Position numbers and translations under genes: made by a program. Below, piece after piece: positions 26,391 to 41,600 of a stretch of DNA of 64,000 nucleotides (the first letter of the stretch is position 1; each line of letters opens with the position of its first letter). The notes beneath the pieces were generated by a model that saw only the letters and a program-made list of their open reading frames with translations, did no database searches and was not told the origin of the DNA. The stretch is from the NCBI GenBank assembly GCA_023213395.1, contig CM041465.1, positions 135,973,741 to 136,037,740 of the forward strand, written 5' to 3'. Origin of the DNA: Cycas panzhihuaensis (Eukaryota; Plantae; Cycadophyta).

Positions 26391-29300
26391 AATAGATAGG
26401 ATACAAAGACACATTAAAATATAGTATAATTTCTTGTGTCAAATACAATTAAACTTAGTGAAACCAATAATTTTATGGCTTGGAAAAAATAAATTAAAAG
26501 TCTCTTAATAATGAATTACTATTGGGTCTATGTCAATGGGGATATTACTCAACTAACATCTACTAAGGACCCAACCAACCTTGATCAAGAGATTTTACTA
26601 GACCCTATTACTCTTATAGCATTCAAAGCTAAAGATAGCATTACCTTTTTTTCTTACACCTTGACATAGAAGACCAAGTAGACCAAAACATAAAAACTAC
26701 TGAAACATCTCATGAGGCTTGGAGCATTATGTGCTCCTTGTATGAGAGAAAATATGACTCAAGGTCCATCACCTTAAAAGCTTATCTCTTTTTCATTCAC
26801 TTTGCTAGCACTATAGCTATGGACCTTATAGAAATCAAAACCATTAGAAATAAACCTTAGTGTCCCTCCTTTTGACTATGACTTCATGTTTAGTATCATC
26901 AATATCCTTCACATTGAATACAATAGTTTTGTATCTAGACTATATAATACCTTTTCCAAAATAGAATTCAATACCTTAAAATGACTTTTGCTTAGGGATG
27001 AGAACATCCTAAATCACTAAGTGGCATCCACATATGACTCTACATATGTATTTATAATTAAAAATTTAGAGAGGGATTAACCACCTCAATAATAACGTTA
27101 ATAGCCACCTCAACTACAACCCATTCCTTAATAATTTAGTTCATTGAACCTCACACAACAACAACAACCACAACCTTGAAGAAACTAGCAAAGAAGATAA
27201 AATCTCATATACATATATTGTGTCAAGAATGGGCATCTTGTAGTAGATTGTAGAAGGAGACAAACAAACCTATAACTCCTACAAAACCAAGGTAGATAAT
27301 AAGGAGGCTAATATTTTTAGTAGAATAGGAACTAGGGCAACCATGGTAGAAATAAGAATTAGGGGCAAGCTAATATGCAAAGAAATCAGAATGCCTAATA
27401 AGAAGGTAATGTAGTTACTTCACAAGGCAATTTAGAGAATCCTTTTTATGCAATCTTGTCATCCCAAGATGATGATAAGTTTTGGTTGATTGATTCTGGT
27501 GTCACTCATCACATGACTAGCACTAAAAGACTTACTTAAGGATACCCATTCCATTAAGGCTCAAATAGTGATATTTAGAGACAATCTTATATATAATGCC
27601 ACAAAAATTAGAAGATTCTTTATTGCTTTGAAGAACTCCATTGTTCACAACCATATTAATAACATTCTTTTGGTTCCATAAAATATAACTTACTATTTAG
27701 CCACGGTGCCTACACCATCATAGATCATACTACAAGATAATTAATAGTTATAGCACATGAGAATAGTGGGTTATATAAGTTAGGTAGAGTTTCCCTTATT
27801 GCCACCCTACAACAATATTCCATTCAAAGTAGTGAATTTATACAAAATATTCACTTTGATAAAGGAAAATAAATCATAGTTAAAGACCCACCCATGGAAG
27901 AGACTCAAGGTGATTGTTCATATCAAGATGAGCAACCCCCATGAAATAGTACCAAGGACTAATTATGGCACCAATGCCTAGGTCACCTAAATATACAAAG
28001 TCTTAACCTCTTGTATAGGCTATAAATAGTGTATGGGTTTCCAAAAATCAAAGAAACTAAGTACATTTATGAGTCTTACTTAGTGGGTAAATAATAAAAA
28101 TAGTCATTCACTTCCAACAAAGCTTAGTATGCATATGAACCATTAGGGTTGGTCCACTTAGATATATATGGACCCATGTTAGTTTCTTCCATTAATGGAA
28201 GTTGGTTCTTCACAACCTTCATTAATAATTATTTGAGAAAAGTTTGAGTCTACTTTCTTTGACACAAATATAAAGCTTTTAAGAAATTCAAGAACTTCAA
28301 GGTAGAAATTGAAAATGAAACTATCATGATAATCAAGGTGCTTAGATCAAATAATGGAGGAGAATACACTTCAAATTGGTTCACTAATTTCCATTAAAAT
28401 TTTAAGATAAAATATTAATTCTCTACTCCACACACACCCCAATAAAATGGTGTGGCAAAAAGAATGAACTAAACTTTGGTAAACAAGATAAAGTCTATGT
28501 TGAAAGCTGTAAACATAGCTACCTGCTTTTGGGTTGAAGCTTTCTCTACTACTATATATCTCACAAATAGAAATGTCACTATAGTAGTAAGAGATATAAC
28601 ACATAAAGAGGCCTAGTTAGGTATAAAGCCTACCATCTCACACTTAAAGATATTCAACTATATAACTTACAAGTTCATCCCAAAGAAAATAAGAAAAAAA
28701 TGGATGACAAGAGTCTTAAGTGTATCTTCCTTAGTTATGTGCCCATATGTAAAGCTTACAAGGTGTATAATCCTACTAGAAATCAAATGTATACCACTTA
28801 GGATATTATTTTTGCTAAAGACACACAAGACTTGGACCCTTCACAAATTTACTTTGTTGTAAATAAAGACATTGTTATTTAAGAAGTGCCTCTTATACCA
28901 ATTCTTGAGCTACCTACACCAACAACATCCTACACACTAAGTCCATCTTTAGTACCGTTAACTTCAGCCTTAAACTTAGATACTAACTTTGTACTACCTC
29001 TCATATTAGTAGATGATCTTCAAGTGGAGGTCACTAGACCTCTTAAGTGGTGCTAACAACTGATAAAGGATATACCTCTTCCTTCTACTACTCCTAAGAC
29101 AGAGTCTAGCTTAAGGCACTCCACAAACTATGCCTTAATGGCACATGTCCTTGAGACTTTTGAGCCTTCTATGTTTGAGGAGGTAGTTAAAGAATAAATA
29201 TGGAAAGTTATAATGGATGACGAAATGACCTTAATCATTAAGAATTATATATGGAAGCTGATATAACTACCACCTAGAAAGAAGTTAATTAATTATGTAT

Positions 29301-31135
29301 GGCTCTATAAAATAAAATTTCATATTAATAGTACCATTGAGCATCACAAAAATCACTTAGTTGTAAAAAGTTTCAAATAGTAAGAGGGGATTTATTATGA
29401 AGAAACCTTTACACCTATTGCCAACATGACCACATTACATCTAGTTATATCACTTGTGACCTAATTTAATTGGCCTATATACTAGATGGATGTGAAGAGT
29501 GCTTTCCTAAATGGAGAACTTACTTAATAGGTTTTCTTGAGGCAACCTCCTAGTTATGTTATTCCTGGAATAGAACACCTAGATTACAAGCTGAAGAAAG
29601 CCCTCTATGAATTAAAATAAACACCTTATAACTAGTATGCCAAAATTAATACCTTCTTCAAGTAGCATGCATTCCCCTATTTACCTTTTGATCTTAATCT
29701 CTATATTTGAATTAGGAGAAATCTGATTACTATCATAATTCTTTATGTGGATGACTTGGCAATAACTAAAAATGATAATGATGGAATAGATAGGCTCCAA
29801 ATAGAACTTAAGAGCAACTTTGAGATGACAAACTTTGGGTTGTTATATTATTTCCTTGGTATTGAGGTGTAATAAGAACCTGGACATATATTCCTATCAT
29901 AATCTAAGTATTCAAATGAACCTTTGTAACAATTCAGAATATGTGACTTCAAACCATTACCAATACCAATGGAAATAGGAACCAAGCTATCTCTAGATGA
30001 ATAAAGAAAACCCTTTGTACTGGTAATTAGTTAGGAGTTTGATCTACCTTACTCATACTAAAATGGATATCTCCTATGTAGTTGGGATCTATTCTAGATA
30101 TATGTCATAGCCCATGGCATCACATTAGAAAGTTCTCACTAGAATTCTCAAATACATCTGTGGCACACCTCAGTTGGGGATTGATTATAAATAAGTTGAT
30201 AATCTTGTCCTAAAAGGCTATATAAATACTGATTAGGCTAATTGTTAAGACTTGCACATTCTATGTTAGGGTACTCTTTAATATAAACTTAGTTGTAATC
30301 TCTTGGAGCTACAAGAAACAACCAAATGTTGTTCTTTCCTCCATAGAAACTGAATACAAAGTAATTATTCATGCCACTACCGAAGTGATTTAGTTACATA
30401 AAATTCTTGTAAACCTTAGAATTTAATAGATACATGCCGTCACTCTATTTTGTAACAATTAGAGTGTTTAGAAGATGACCAAGAATCATTTCTTCTATGT
30501 GAGAACTAAATACATAAAGGTCCATCATCACTTCATCCAAGATCATGTGTAAAATAAAGAAGTTAACTTAGTATACTGACCGAATAAGGACCAAGCAGTA
30601 GATATCTTCACTAAAGTACTTATGAGAGACCAAAGTTCAAATAGTTCTGACATGACCTCGATATTAAAATAAGTAGAGCTATCATTAAAGGAGGGTGTTA
30701 AAATATTAACACCTCTTTTATAAATGTATTTTTATATATTATTATACCATATGATATATCATATTAAAATTGAAATGTAATGGGTAAACATGCCTGCTCT
30801 ACCTTCTTATTGAATAATGAGCCAATAATATTAGCCCATTATATTAACTAATAAGATTTATTTATGAGGTGTATCTTAGTATATAAATTAGACCTAAATA
30901 CCCTCATTTGTATATTAGATTTTTATTTATATAGAAGCTCTATCGAAATATAGATTAATTAAGCCAACCAATTTGGCAGTCATAGTTTGATGTAATTAGT
31001 TTACTTTGATCTATAGTTTTATTTTATTTTTTACTTTTATATTTGATACACATATGTTATCTTAATCTATTTGTAATTTTTTTTTTTTTTTTTTAATTCT
31101 TCTATTTATACTTCTAAAATTATAGATCCTTGATA
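25966..31135 (+). mobile_element. Decayed Ty1/copia element lacking a co-oriented 5' LTR
   Basis: gag from ~26397 (KLSETNNFMAWKK); knuckle YCVKNGHLVVDC ~27215; protease WLIDSGVTHHMT ~27483; integrase LVHLDIYGP...LRSNNGGEY...NGVAKRMN at 28145-28470; RT MDVKSAFLNG and ILYVDDL; RNase H DIFTK ~30601; PPT ending 30695; 3' LTR from 30696 (end approximate). Confidence 0.93.
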
Positions 31136-31879
31136 GACTAAAAGTAAAGCTTAGATATCACTTGAAGTGATCCTAAATTGGATTTGTTTTTTTAAATATA
31201 AATCAATAAAAATTGAATAGAAATAATTATTCAGGGTACCATGTGCCAAATAAAATTAGGATTAGCCTAAAAGTAAATTGTACATAATGAGTTAGGGGTC
31301 TCCCCTATTTATAGGTACTAAAATAGCTTCATATTAAAAAAACACTTTAATAATAATATTAATAATAAAATACTAACTTTTAATATATAAAATTAATTTT
31401 ATAATAATTTAAAAGTACCACTCCTTAAAAATAGACTTCTAATAAAATATCAACTTCTCCTCAATAGAATAGAATTAGTATAAGGCCCTCCACTCCTGTT
31501 TAGTAAAGGATGATAAGAAGAGAGTTGCTCTTATATCATAGAGTCAAATACTCCTTAGTTATAAAGTCTATTTAGAAAGCATGGTACTTATATAATAAAT
31601 TTATTTTCTAAGATGGAGATCAAGCATGGGATGTTTTCATTCCTTAAATTAACTTTCTCTGGTGGGCATAATTACTTGTGAAGAACAATAAATACTTATC
31701 CTTTTTGGATTTTTAATTTACCAAATGTTAGTATAGAAGAGGAATTTCTTCATTTATGTATCTTCTTAATAATAGTTCCAACTAGCTTCTCTTATGGGTA
31801 ATTTTCATACCAATCATGTCCTATCATTATTATATACCTTCCTATTTGTCCAGTTAGCATAATTTATGAAGGACAGACT

Positions 31880-34800
31880 TGTAGCAATTTCACAGAATTC
31901 TTCTAAGAAATATAATGCAAAATAGATAAAATATCCACCAATACACTTGCAAAATATTCAATTAAGAGAGTAATAATATAAATCTACTTGAATAAATCAA
32001 CTTGAATACTTCTTGCATACAAATATTAAATGGTATGAAAGGAACATAAACTAAATAAATACATTGTTACTAAATGATCCCATAGTTATTGTTGATAACA
32101 AATCCCTCTTTAAGATGAGGTTCCCTCAACAAAGTTCACCATAAGGGTTGAATATATGGAAGTCTAAAATTTTTCTGACAATGCCTAAATGAGGCCCTAA
32201 ATCCTTTTTAAATAGGTAGTAAAAAGATATTAATAGAAGTCAATCAGAAAAGAGGTATAAACTAACCCAAAATTAAGACTAGAAGTTAGCCAAAACTTCC
32301 CCAAAAATTAGTAGGTTAAAAACTTAAAATGTCCATAACATTTGTTATGGTTTAGAGACCTTCGATTTGAATGGTCACATGGTATAGTTTTGACCAGATT
32401 CTCAAGTGTTTATGATGCCACAAGCCCCTCCCCTTCAAACATGTTTTTCCCTTAAAGCATGAATAAATCTAAATGTTGTTGATGCCATTCTTTTGATTCT
32501 CATGTGGTGTCTTCTACATCTTTCTACTTCACAAGGTATTCTCTTATTTCCCTAGAGCATAGTTATTTTATTCAAACCTATAGAATCCCTTTAGGTTCTA
32601 GAATTATTTTTTTTTCTTCATCTAGCTTTAGAATGTAGGTTTGAAGGGTGATTTTCTCACCAAGCTTTTACTTAGGGAATGATACATGGAAGATAGTATG
32701 AATACAACTACCTTAAGGTAGGGCTTGATGATAAGCTACTTCTTCAATCATCTCACTAACTTGATATGGCCTAAAAAATCTAAGTGCTAACTTATGTTTG
32801 CTTATTTATCTAAGTATCAAATACTTGTATGGTTTTAATCTTAAGAAAATCCAATTAGCAACTGAGAATGATCTTTCAAATCTATATAAGTCTACTTGTT
32901 ACTTCATTTGATTTCTTCTAGTATTTAAATTTTCTTTTAGTATTTAAAGTGTTTGATCCATTTGCTCTTATTATTCTTAAACCCCTTGTATACACGATGT
33001 CTTTTCCTATATAAGGAGGGATGGTGGATCGAACTCGTATAACACTTGGAAGGGAGTCATTCTTATCTCTATATGGTAAGTGGTGTTATATCACCAGTCA
33101 TCTAAATGGAGCCATTTATACCAAAGCTATTACTTGTTTGAGGGGAAATTTTATGCATACCCTTCTAGGCACTTGTTTATGACTTGATTTTGACCATTTG
33201 TTTGTGGGTGGTATTCTATGCTCATGGATAGCTTCATACCCCCAAGTCTAAAAAACTCTTGCCATAAATGACTTGTAAATTTTAGGATATAATTGTTGAC
33301 TATGACTTTAGGAAACTCATGTAAATAATATATTTCCTTCATGAAAATTTCAGCTACTTGGCTTACTTTTATTATCAATTAAATTCCCATGAAATAAACA
33401 TATCTTATTAGATGATCAAAGACCACAAAAATAACATCCTTACCCTTTGATTTTGGTAAGTTTGTGATGAAATCCATTGAGATTTCTTCCCTTTTTTATT
33501 ATGGAATTAGTAGAGACTAGAACAAGCTAAGACTTTTTATGTTCTTACTTTTATTCCTTTGGCAAGAATCATATTCTGATATGAATTTGAGAACATAGAC
33601 TTTTATATCTCCCTAAAAGAAAGAGTCCCATACCTTGTGATAGGTTTTCTCAATCTCTATGTATCCTATACTAGGTATAAAATGTACTTCTTCTAGTAAC
33701 ATCTCTTTCACTTTTGATAATGCTAGAATAAATATATTTCCCTTCTATAGAATCAATCCTCCTTGTAGATTGTACTTAGTACTCTCCTAGGTCTTGATCT
33801 TATCTAATATCTTCCTCAAAAAAGAGTCACTCTAGTAGTCCTAGACTAGTTCATGAGTCTAGTTAGGAATGGCTACCAACATTACTTATAGAGAGATTTT
33901 TGCAATTTGATCTTGCTTACTATTATCTTTTAGTATATGTAATAATGTGTTGATGATCACATTCTCTTTTCCTTTTTTGTATACAATACTAAAATTAAAT
34001 ATTTAAAGCTTACTTACCTATTTCCGTTATTCATCTAAGAGATTTTTCTAGTTAAGGAAGTATTTGAGGCTATCATGATCTATTTTGACTATAAATCTAT
34101 TCTTGAGTAAATATTGGTGGTACTAATAAATAGCATGCATAATTGCAAGTATTTCTTTATTATAAATAGATTTGAGTCACTCCTTGTTATTCAGCTTTTG
34201 GCTTTCATATGCCAATGGCCATTCATTTCGATGGAGGATTACTCATATCCCAGTTCCTATGCATCATACTCAAGGGGGAAAGGTTGGAAAAAATATAGGG
34301 TCCTGAGCATAGGAGTAGTGATTATTAATTTCTTGAGGCCTTAGAAAGCATCCTCTACTAGGGAGTTCTAAAAAAATATATCCTTCTTTATAAGATAAGT
34401 TAGTGGTAACACAATGTGAGTGTACCCTTTTATAAACTTCTTAAGAAATCCTATCGCATCTAGGAAGGCTCTAATGCATGTGATATTCTTAGGAGTGGTC
34501 CAATTAATGATAGCTTAGACCTTCTTGGGATCCATCTTGATCCCTTCTTATGAGATAATATGTCCTAGATATTTGAGCTCCTTTTTCCCAAACATGTATT
34601 TCTTCTTGTTGGAAAAAAGTTGATTATTCTGTAAGATCTGGAGAATGGCCTTGATATATTCTATATGTTCCTCCTATGTTGCACTGTAGATTAGAATGTC
34701 ATTGAAAAAAACTAGCACAAATTTCTATAAGAAGGGTCTCACTATAGTATTCATGGTGTTATGGAATATTGCTGGCACATTTGTTAGACCAAATTGCATA

Positions 34801-37686
34801 ACTCTAAATTCGAATAACCCCTCATGAGTGCAAAAAGTTCTTTTGTATACATCCTTTATTTTGATACAAACCTGGTATTATCCTAATTGAAGATCAATCT
34901 TTGAAAAGTATTTTACTCTATGTATTTCATCTAACAAATTATCTATTCTTGGGATAGGATAGCGATTCTTGATAGTGATCTTGTTCAGTCCCCTATAGTC
35001 AACACACATACAATAAGTCCCATCCTTTTTTCGCTTAAGTATGACTATGGATATAAATGGACTTGTGTTATTCATAATGTATCATTGGTGTAAGAGATCT
35101 TTAAATATTTTCTCTATCTCCCTCTTAATCTAATAGGGATGGCAGTAAGGATGAATGTTGATTAGTACATCTCCTAGTACTAGCTCAATGATGTGTTAGC
35201 ATCCACAATTAGGAGGAAGCCCTAATGATGATTCCTTGAATACTAACTTAGTTATATTTATCTATGACTTCCTATACCTCTATTGGGATTTCCTCTATTG
35301 TCTTCTTATAATATATCATAATATTTATGGTGGGGATTTTTTTTCAACATCTTCTCTATACGATGGGATGTCACCAATTATGTTGGGGGTATAGAAAGTG
35401 CTTGTAACGTATAATATTTTCTCTTATGTCAAAAGCTCATGACTTGTATTCTGAAATTAGTGGCTACAATCCCTAATATCTATAGCCATTATACCCCTAA
35501 TATGACATTAACTCCTCCTATCAGCATTGTAAACATGAGAGTGGTTACTAAGTAATCATTAATCTAAAGGGTCAACTTTGGATAATAGCCCCCATAAGTC
35601 ATGGATTTTCCATTTGTGATAGCAACCTAGAAAGTATTGAGCGCTTTAATGGCTATGCCCAATTTCTCCATGGTAGGTTAATTTATGAAATTGCGGATGC
35701 TCCCACTATCAATGAGGATGATGAATAATGATCCTTGTATTAGCCCCTCAAACCATAATACTTGAGGCATGTTACTTTGTCCCATCATGGCCTATAGTGA
35801 TATTTACACATTTTTAATATCCAGATCTAGAAGTTCCTCTACTTTGGCCTCCTCATTTTCTTCTAGAATATTTTCTTATTTTAAATCTTCTCCTGAGGAA
35901 GTTGCTTCATCATTTTGGATCATAAAGAGTTTCTTTAATAGGTATTAATGGTCTTTATTCCATTTCCCTCTACATTTAAAACATGTTCCTCTCTTAAGGT
36001 GTTTTCCCTTGATACTCTGCTTGCTTTATTTTGGTTTCTTCTTGTGAGTGGAGGATCTACTTTAGTTCTTGACTTAGTCCAATTAGAGTTTTAGTGGACT
36101 GGTGGGTTGCTTCTTTCAATGTAGTTTGGCTCACTTTCTATAAATTTTTCTTTAATGTTCCTTGCATGTTAGATGTCTTCTCTTATGTTTGAGGCCCTTA
36201 TTGTCTTTACACGATATTTGATGTGTCCCTTAAGTCCCTCAATATAGATCTTAGCAATACGATTGATTAATATTTGATTAGTAACCAAGCATTGGGGGGC
36301 TTAAAATTATTCTATGTATGATTGAACAAATCCCATCTGTTGTAATCTAGTTAACTAAGAGAAGTAATATATGTTATATAAGTCTTCACATTAATCTATT
36401 AATCCTAATTTTAAGGAACCCCAAGGGTCAATTGAAATATTTATGTGGATCTTTTTCTACTAGTGGACCCATTAGAGGGCCTTTTCACATAAGTGAAGTG
36501 AGGTGGTTAAAACTTTTTCTCCATTTGGTATATCATAGATTCGGAAGTAGGCCTCTATCTTAATATCCAACTTCGAATATCCCTTGATTTATCTAAATTG
36601 GATTTCTCTAATAAAAATTGTGTCCCTTGAATGCCACAATCTGATTCCTAGCTCTTTTGGTTCCTTTGCTAGAAATTCCCTTGTTCTCTATATTCCTATA
36701 ATCCTCTATTGAATTGTCTCTAAAATCTATCTTCTCTTCCTAATTCCTCTTCTTCTTCTTTGTTTTCCACTAACTTATGATGGCCAGATTCACCTAAATC
36801 CTTTGGTTTCCCCATGACTCTAGTCATGCAATCTTGAATATCCCTTCTAATCTTGTTTATAGTGCCATTAATCTGCCCTATCTTATTGTTGAGTGTATCA
36901 ATATGTTGGGATACATCTACTACTATTTCTGATAATTGGTTCACCATTTTGTTAAGGGTTCTCCTTAATCTTAGTTTTATTCTAGGGAGGAATATAAACT
37001 AGTTCTCCCTCATGTGAAGGCTTTTCAGCCCAAAATTTTCTCTTTTTTCCTTGATTTCCTTATTGAATTAACAAAATTTCTCCTTGGGGTAGCTTCCAAC
37101 AAAGCTCTGATACCATTTGTAGTAATCTCACAAAATTTTTCTAAGAAATATAGTGTAAAATAAACAAAATATCTACTAATAAACTTGCAAAATATTTAAT
37201 TAAGAGAGTAATAACATAAATCTACTTAAATACTTCTTATATGCAAATATAAAATTGTATTAAAGGAACACACACTAAACAAATATAATATTACAGAATG
37301 ATCCTACAATAATTATTGATAACAAATCCCTCTTCAAGGCAAGGTTCTCTCCATAAAGTTTCCCAGAAGGGCTGAAAATATGGGAGTCTAAAACTTCTCT
37401 AATGATTCCCAAATGAGACCTCAAATCCTTCTCAAATAATTAGTCAAATAATATTAATAGAAGTCAGCCATAAAAGAGGTATAAACCCACCCAAAATCAA
37501 GACTAGAAGTTGATCAGAACTTTCTTAAAAATTAGCAAGCTGAAAACTTCAAATGGCCATAACTTTTGTTACAAACATCAAAATTGACTTTTGTTTGAAC
37601 CATTAGAATCATAGTTTAGAGACCTTCAATTTGAATGGTCACATGGTATAATTTTGACTAGATTCTAAGGTGTTTAGGATGTTTTA
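31880..37686 (-). mobile_element. Full-length decayed Ty3/gypsy chromovirus (LTRs 31880-32422 and 37118-37686)
   Basis: Paired LTRs TGTAG(C/T)AAT.TCAC...; perfect iMet PBS at 37104-37115; PPT AGCCCCTCCCCTTCAA from 32423. Protease ILIDSGS ~35700; RT CVDYRGLNKITIKNRYPIPRID and VFFNDILIYS; integrase YHPQTNGQ; chromodomain-like EYLVK*...EDTT*E at ~32500-32550. Confidence 0.95.
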
Positions 37687-38678
37687 CTTGTTATCTATAC
37701 ATATGTCCCTCCTTCACCCTCTTTGTGGATGAATTGGTTCTAAGATTATAAAATGCCTTCTCTATCTTCTCTAACAAATAATTATACAAGTTTTTACTTC
37801 CTCGATTGGAATTAGATAGTAAATTCAATAAAATTTAGAATTAATTAGGTCTCTTAACTCTTTGGATAAATCAAGTTCACTTCTTATGGCATGTTAAAAT
37901 GGCATATAAAAAAAGGTTTTTTCTTTAGCTAATTTTACATAATAATTTAATAGTCAAGGTTTTATTTTATTTTATTTTATTGCTACTTTTGAGATCAAGA
38001 AGAATCAATTTTCCACCTTTTTTGGGATTGTTCATTCATTAGAAAGGTTTGGTCCCAAGTGCAAGCTAAAACCTCTATTATTTACTTCTAGGTCTTTAAT
38101 GCTTTGGTAGGATTATTTAGGAATATTATTCTTTTTTTTTTTTTAAGAAAATATTTTCATATAACTTGGTACATATTATGTACTAAAGTTCTTTAGAATA
38201 TATAAAAATTATATAATGTAACCCTAGATTTTCTAAGCACTAGTAAGCAAAAGCAACTAAAAGGTTAAGACTTGATATTAGTTATTAAGATTTATGCACA
38301 AACCACTAAGCCTTCTAATAAGATGTAAGGCTACTTGGGCCACCAATAAAATCATAAAGAAGAATACCTCCACATGTTTATTTAAAGGGTCAAATATCAC
38401 TTGTAATAGTTGTTGAGTATTATTATCTTTGAAGAAAAAGTACTTTAGTACTCCCTTTGGTGTTTAATTTATTTGTGATTTATGCGTATGCTTGTGTTAT
38501 TTTAGCTTCTACTTCTGTTGGTCTACATCTATAAGGTTAATTTCTAAAAGGAAATGCTCTAAATTATGTAATCTCACTCTTTTGTATTAGGAAACTCCTT
38601 TTAATATTTTTTTTTAATTTATTCTTTTGATATCTTCTCTTACATTATAAATGAAAGCTACTTTTAACACTCATGTAA

Positions 38679-41600
38679 TGTTAGAATTTATAAAAGTAGC
38701 AAGTGCATACATGTAACTCAAATCATATTTAAAGTACACTTAAGAAATAACCTTACATTAATCTATTGTGAAAAGAGTACAATTGATTTCTAATAAGTAG
38801 TGGTGTTGAAGAATACCAAGGCTTAGAATCTCATGAGATATATACTTTTGAGGAAAGAGGGAAACCTCTTCAACCTCCAATTCAAAATAATATAAAATAA
38901 TGATAGTGCACAATAAAATAACCTTATCTTACTATAAAGAAGTGTATACTCACATGTTTCTAAAGTGGGAGTTAGGTGAAAAACATTAACCACATCATAC
39001 TCCCCCTTAATATTCATCACATTCGTCTTCTACTTCTCCTTGAACTTGTGGTATAGATACTTTATGAATACTTTAAAGAAGTGATTGTGCTCATGTCTTA
39101 TAACTTCATCATCAACTTTGAAGTGGTCTTTGATTTGTACCATTATCCTTTCCATAAAGTCTTTAATAAATTGAGCTCCAAATATAGGTGTAAGTTGTTT
39201 TAAATAAATATGGGTGCCTTTATCTTTGAGTTCATCCTTTTGATGAGGATCAATCGGGACAGATGTACATGAAGCCTTATCAAATGCATTATCATATTCA
39301 TCAATCTTATTGGAATCTTTAATATTGCATGTTGTATTAGACTTTTCATCAAAAAATACATGTTTTATCCTATGTCTAACATAAAATACATCATCAATAT
39401 AATTAAATTTACTTAAATCAAAAGTTTTTTTTCTCATAAAGTGGATCAAGGGTATCCTAAATAGATTTAGATGTGTTCATATCATAAACATAAGTGAATA
39501 CATCATCATCTATGGTATAAAGCATTAGTGCTAGGGCTTCATTATCCTTTTTAAAGTTTTCTCTAAAGTTTGGTTCATTTATTAAGTAACCATGTTCTAC
39601 AAATTTCTAAAGGTCATTCACAATAAAATGTGATTTCAATATATATCTTCAAATCTAAAAATTTATCCCATCAAATATGGAAAACCTAGTGTTATTATCA
39701 TTCATAGTCATTATAATCAATGAATCATAACATTTAATAAAATAAGAGATATAACCCCTTAATCAATGTAAGATAGATGTCTTCTTTTGAAATGAAATAA
39801 ACCTTTCAAGGATATATATGTCTTAAAATCAAATGTCTTCATTTGAAATGAGATAGCTTTCATAAATTAGGAATAACTTGATACTAAAAGAGAGTATATC
39901 ATTTCAATGAATGTTATTTACAGATTAATTCTCATAAGACTTTAAAAGTGAGCTTAAAAATGAATAATATACCTTTAAATAATTATATGCAATGAAGTGC
40001 AACATGAAATTATTTTCAATATTGAAATGAAGCAAAATGATCTTCTAATTTCAAATCCTTATCAAGGATAAGTGACTATTAAATAAGTCTTTTTAAATCA
40101 AAGAAATTATGCAAATGATACTAAAATATGGTCCTTAAAACATAAAGTAAGCAACTTGCTTGAAATAATATATCTTGAAATATATATATATATACCTTCT
40201 TTCAAATGAATGCCTTAATATAAAGTAGCTTGACTAAGAAACAAGATGAAGGTTCTCTTATGCAAACTATATCTTTCAAATGAAGAAGCTCCTTATAAAA
40301 ATAACTTTAAATATATTTCAATGACTATATACATCTTTAATGAGATTATTTTAATAAATCAATGAGAAACTATAAGCAAAATAAATCAAGGAGATAAACC
40401 TTTTAAATGCTCTTTCAATAAGATGGCTAATTGATGCTTAAAGCCAATAAGATTTGAAATGGAAACTAATATAGAGATTATAATCTTTTCTAATAAAGAT
40501 GAATGTAAGAGGTCTTATAATCTTATCAATAAGGATGCATATGAGAGACCTTATAATGAAAGATGATGTACATAAAGCTGTAATGATATCTTTGGATAGA
40601 AAAGAGCCTTAAAGCTTAAAAGAATTAAAAACTATACTAATAAATTATGCAATGATGTACTTATATGATTTTAAGAGATATGAGGGTCTTAAGCCAAATA
40701 AAAGTTCCTTCAACTTATGAAATAATGAGCTCAAAGTGCATAAGATTACTTGCAAATACCTCTAGATATAATATAAATGAAATAAAAGTAAGCTCTTTAG
40801 TAGATTCTTTTGTAAACAAGGTATACTTATTGAAGTAATTAAGAAGGAAAATGGCCTTAAATAGGCATAAATACTCAAATAAAACTCCTTAAATAAGCAA
40901 GAAAGTCACTTAGATCTACTTTTAGATAAAATAGAAAGAAAATAATAAGGTAACATGTACCCGTTTATAGCTTTTAAATGTAATAGGGCTCTTGCTGCTC
41001 CATAAGCCAAAATAGATGCTAAAAGGCTATAAAATAGCTTGTAAATTTTTTAAACACTAGCAGATATCATTAATAATTATTTAGTATATAAATATCAATC
41101 AAATATATTTAGTTGGAAAGAAATTTTAGGCCAAAATATCTCCAAAAGTATCTAACAATGATTAAGATAGAACCTTGACTTCAATAGATTTAATAACCTA
41201 TAAAATAATGTTAGAATAAAATGAAATCTATTCTATTGTGAAGATCTCTGAAAAACCTTTCCAACAATTTAAACGACTTAAGAAACATAGCTATATAACT
41301 CAAGTTATTAATGAAACAGTGAAAAGACTTATTTATTATTAATGAAATATGCACAATAAATGAATGTCAACTTTAACCTAATTAAAATCTATAATATATA
41401 CATATTTATAGTTCAAATTAAGTAAATGAGGACTCTAGGTTATAGAGCTCTGAATTAGCTTTCTGAAGCTTTAGACAGTTTATAAATCAGATAAACGATT
41501 GTAGAGATATTGCAGAAATAGTGCAGGTACCTTTTTTGAGGTTTGTGTGACTTACGTGCAAAAATGACAAACTAAAGTAGGAGTGTGAAACCTTAATGGG

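Noticed and set aside
31400-31879. Further gag-like remnant flanking the chromovirus (continuing at 37690-37860)
   Set aside because: Only a faint GHDW knuckle-like trace; too decayed to call.
31875-37692. TSD of the chromovirus
   Set aside because: Flanks AGACT and CTTGT do not match and the right terminus is decayed; not claimed.
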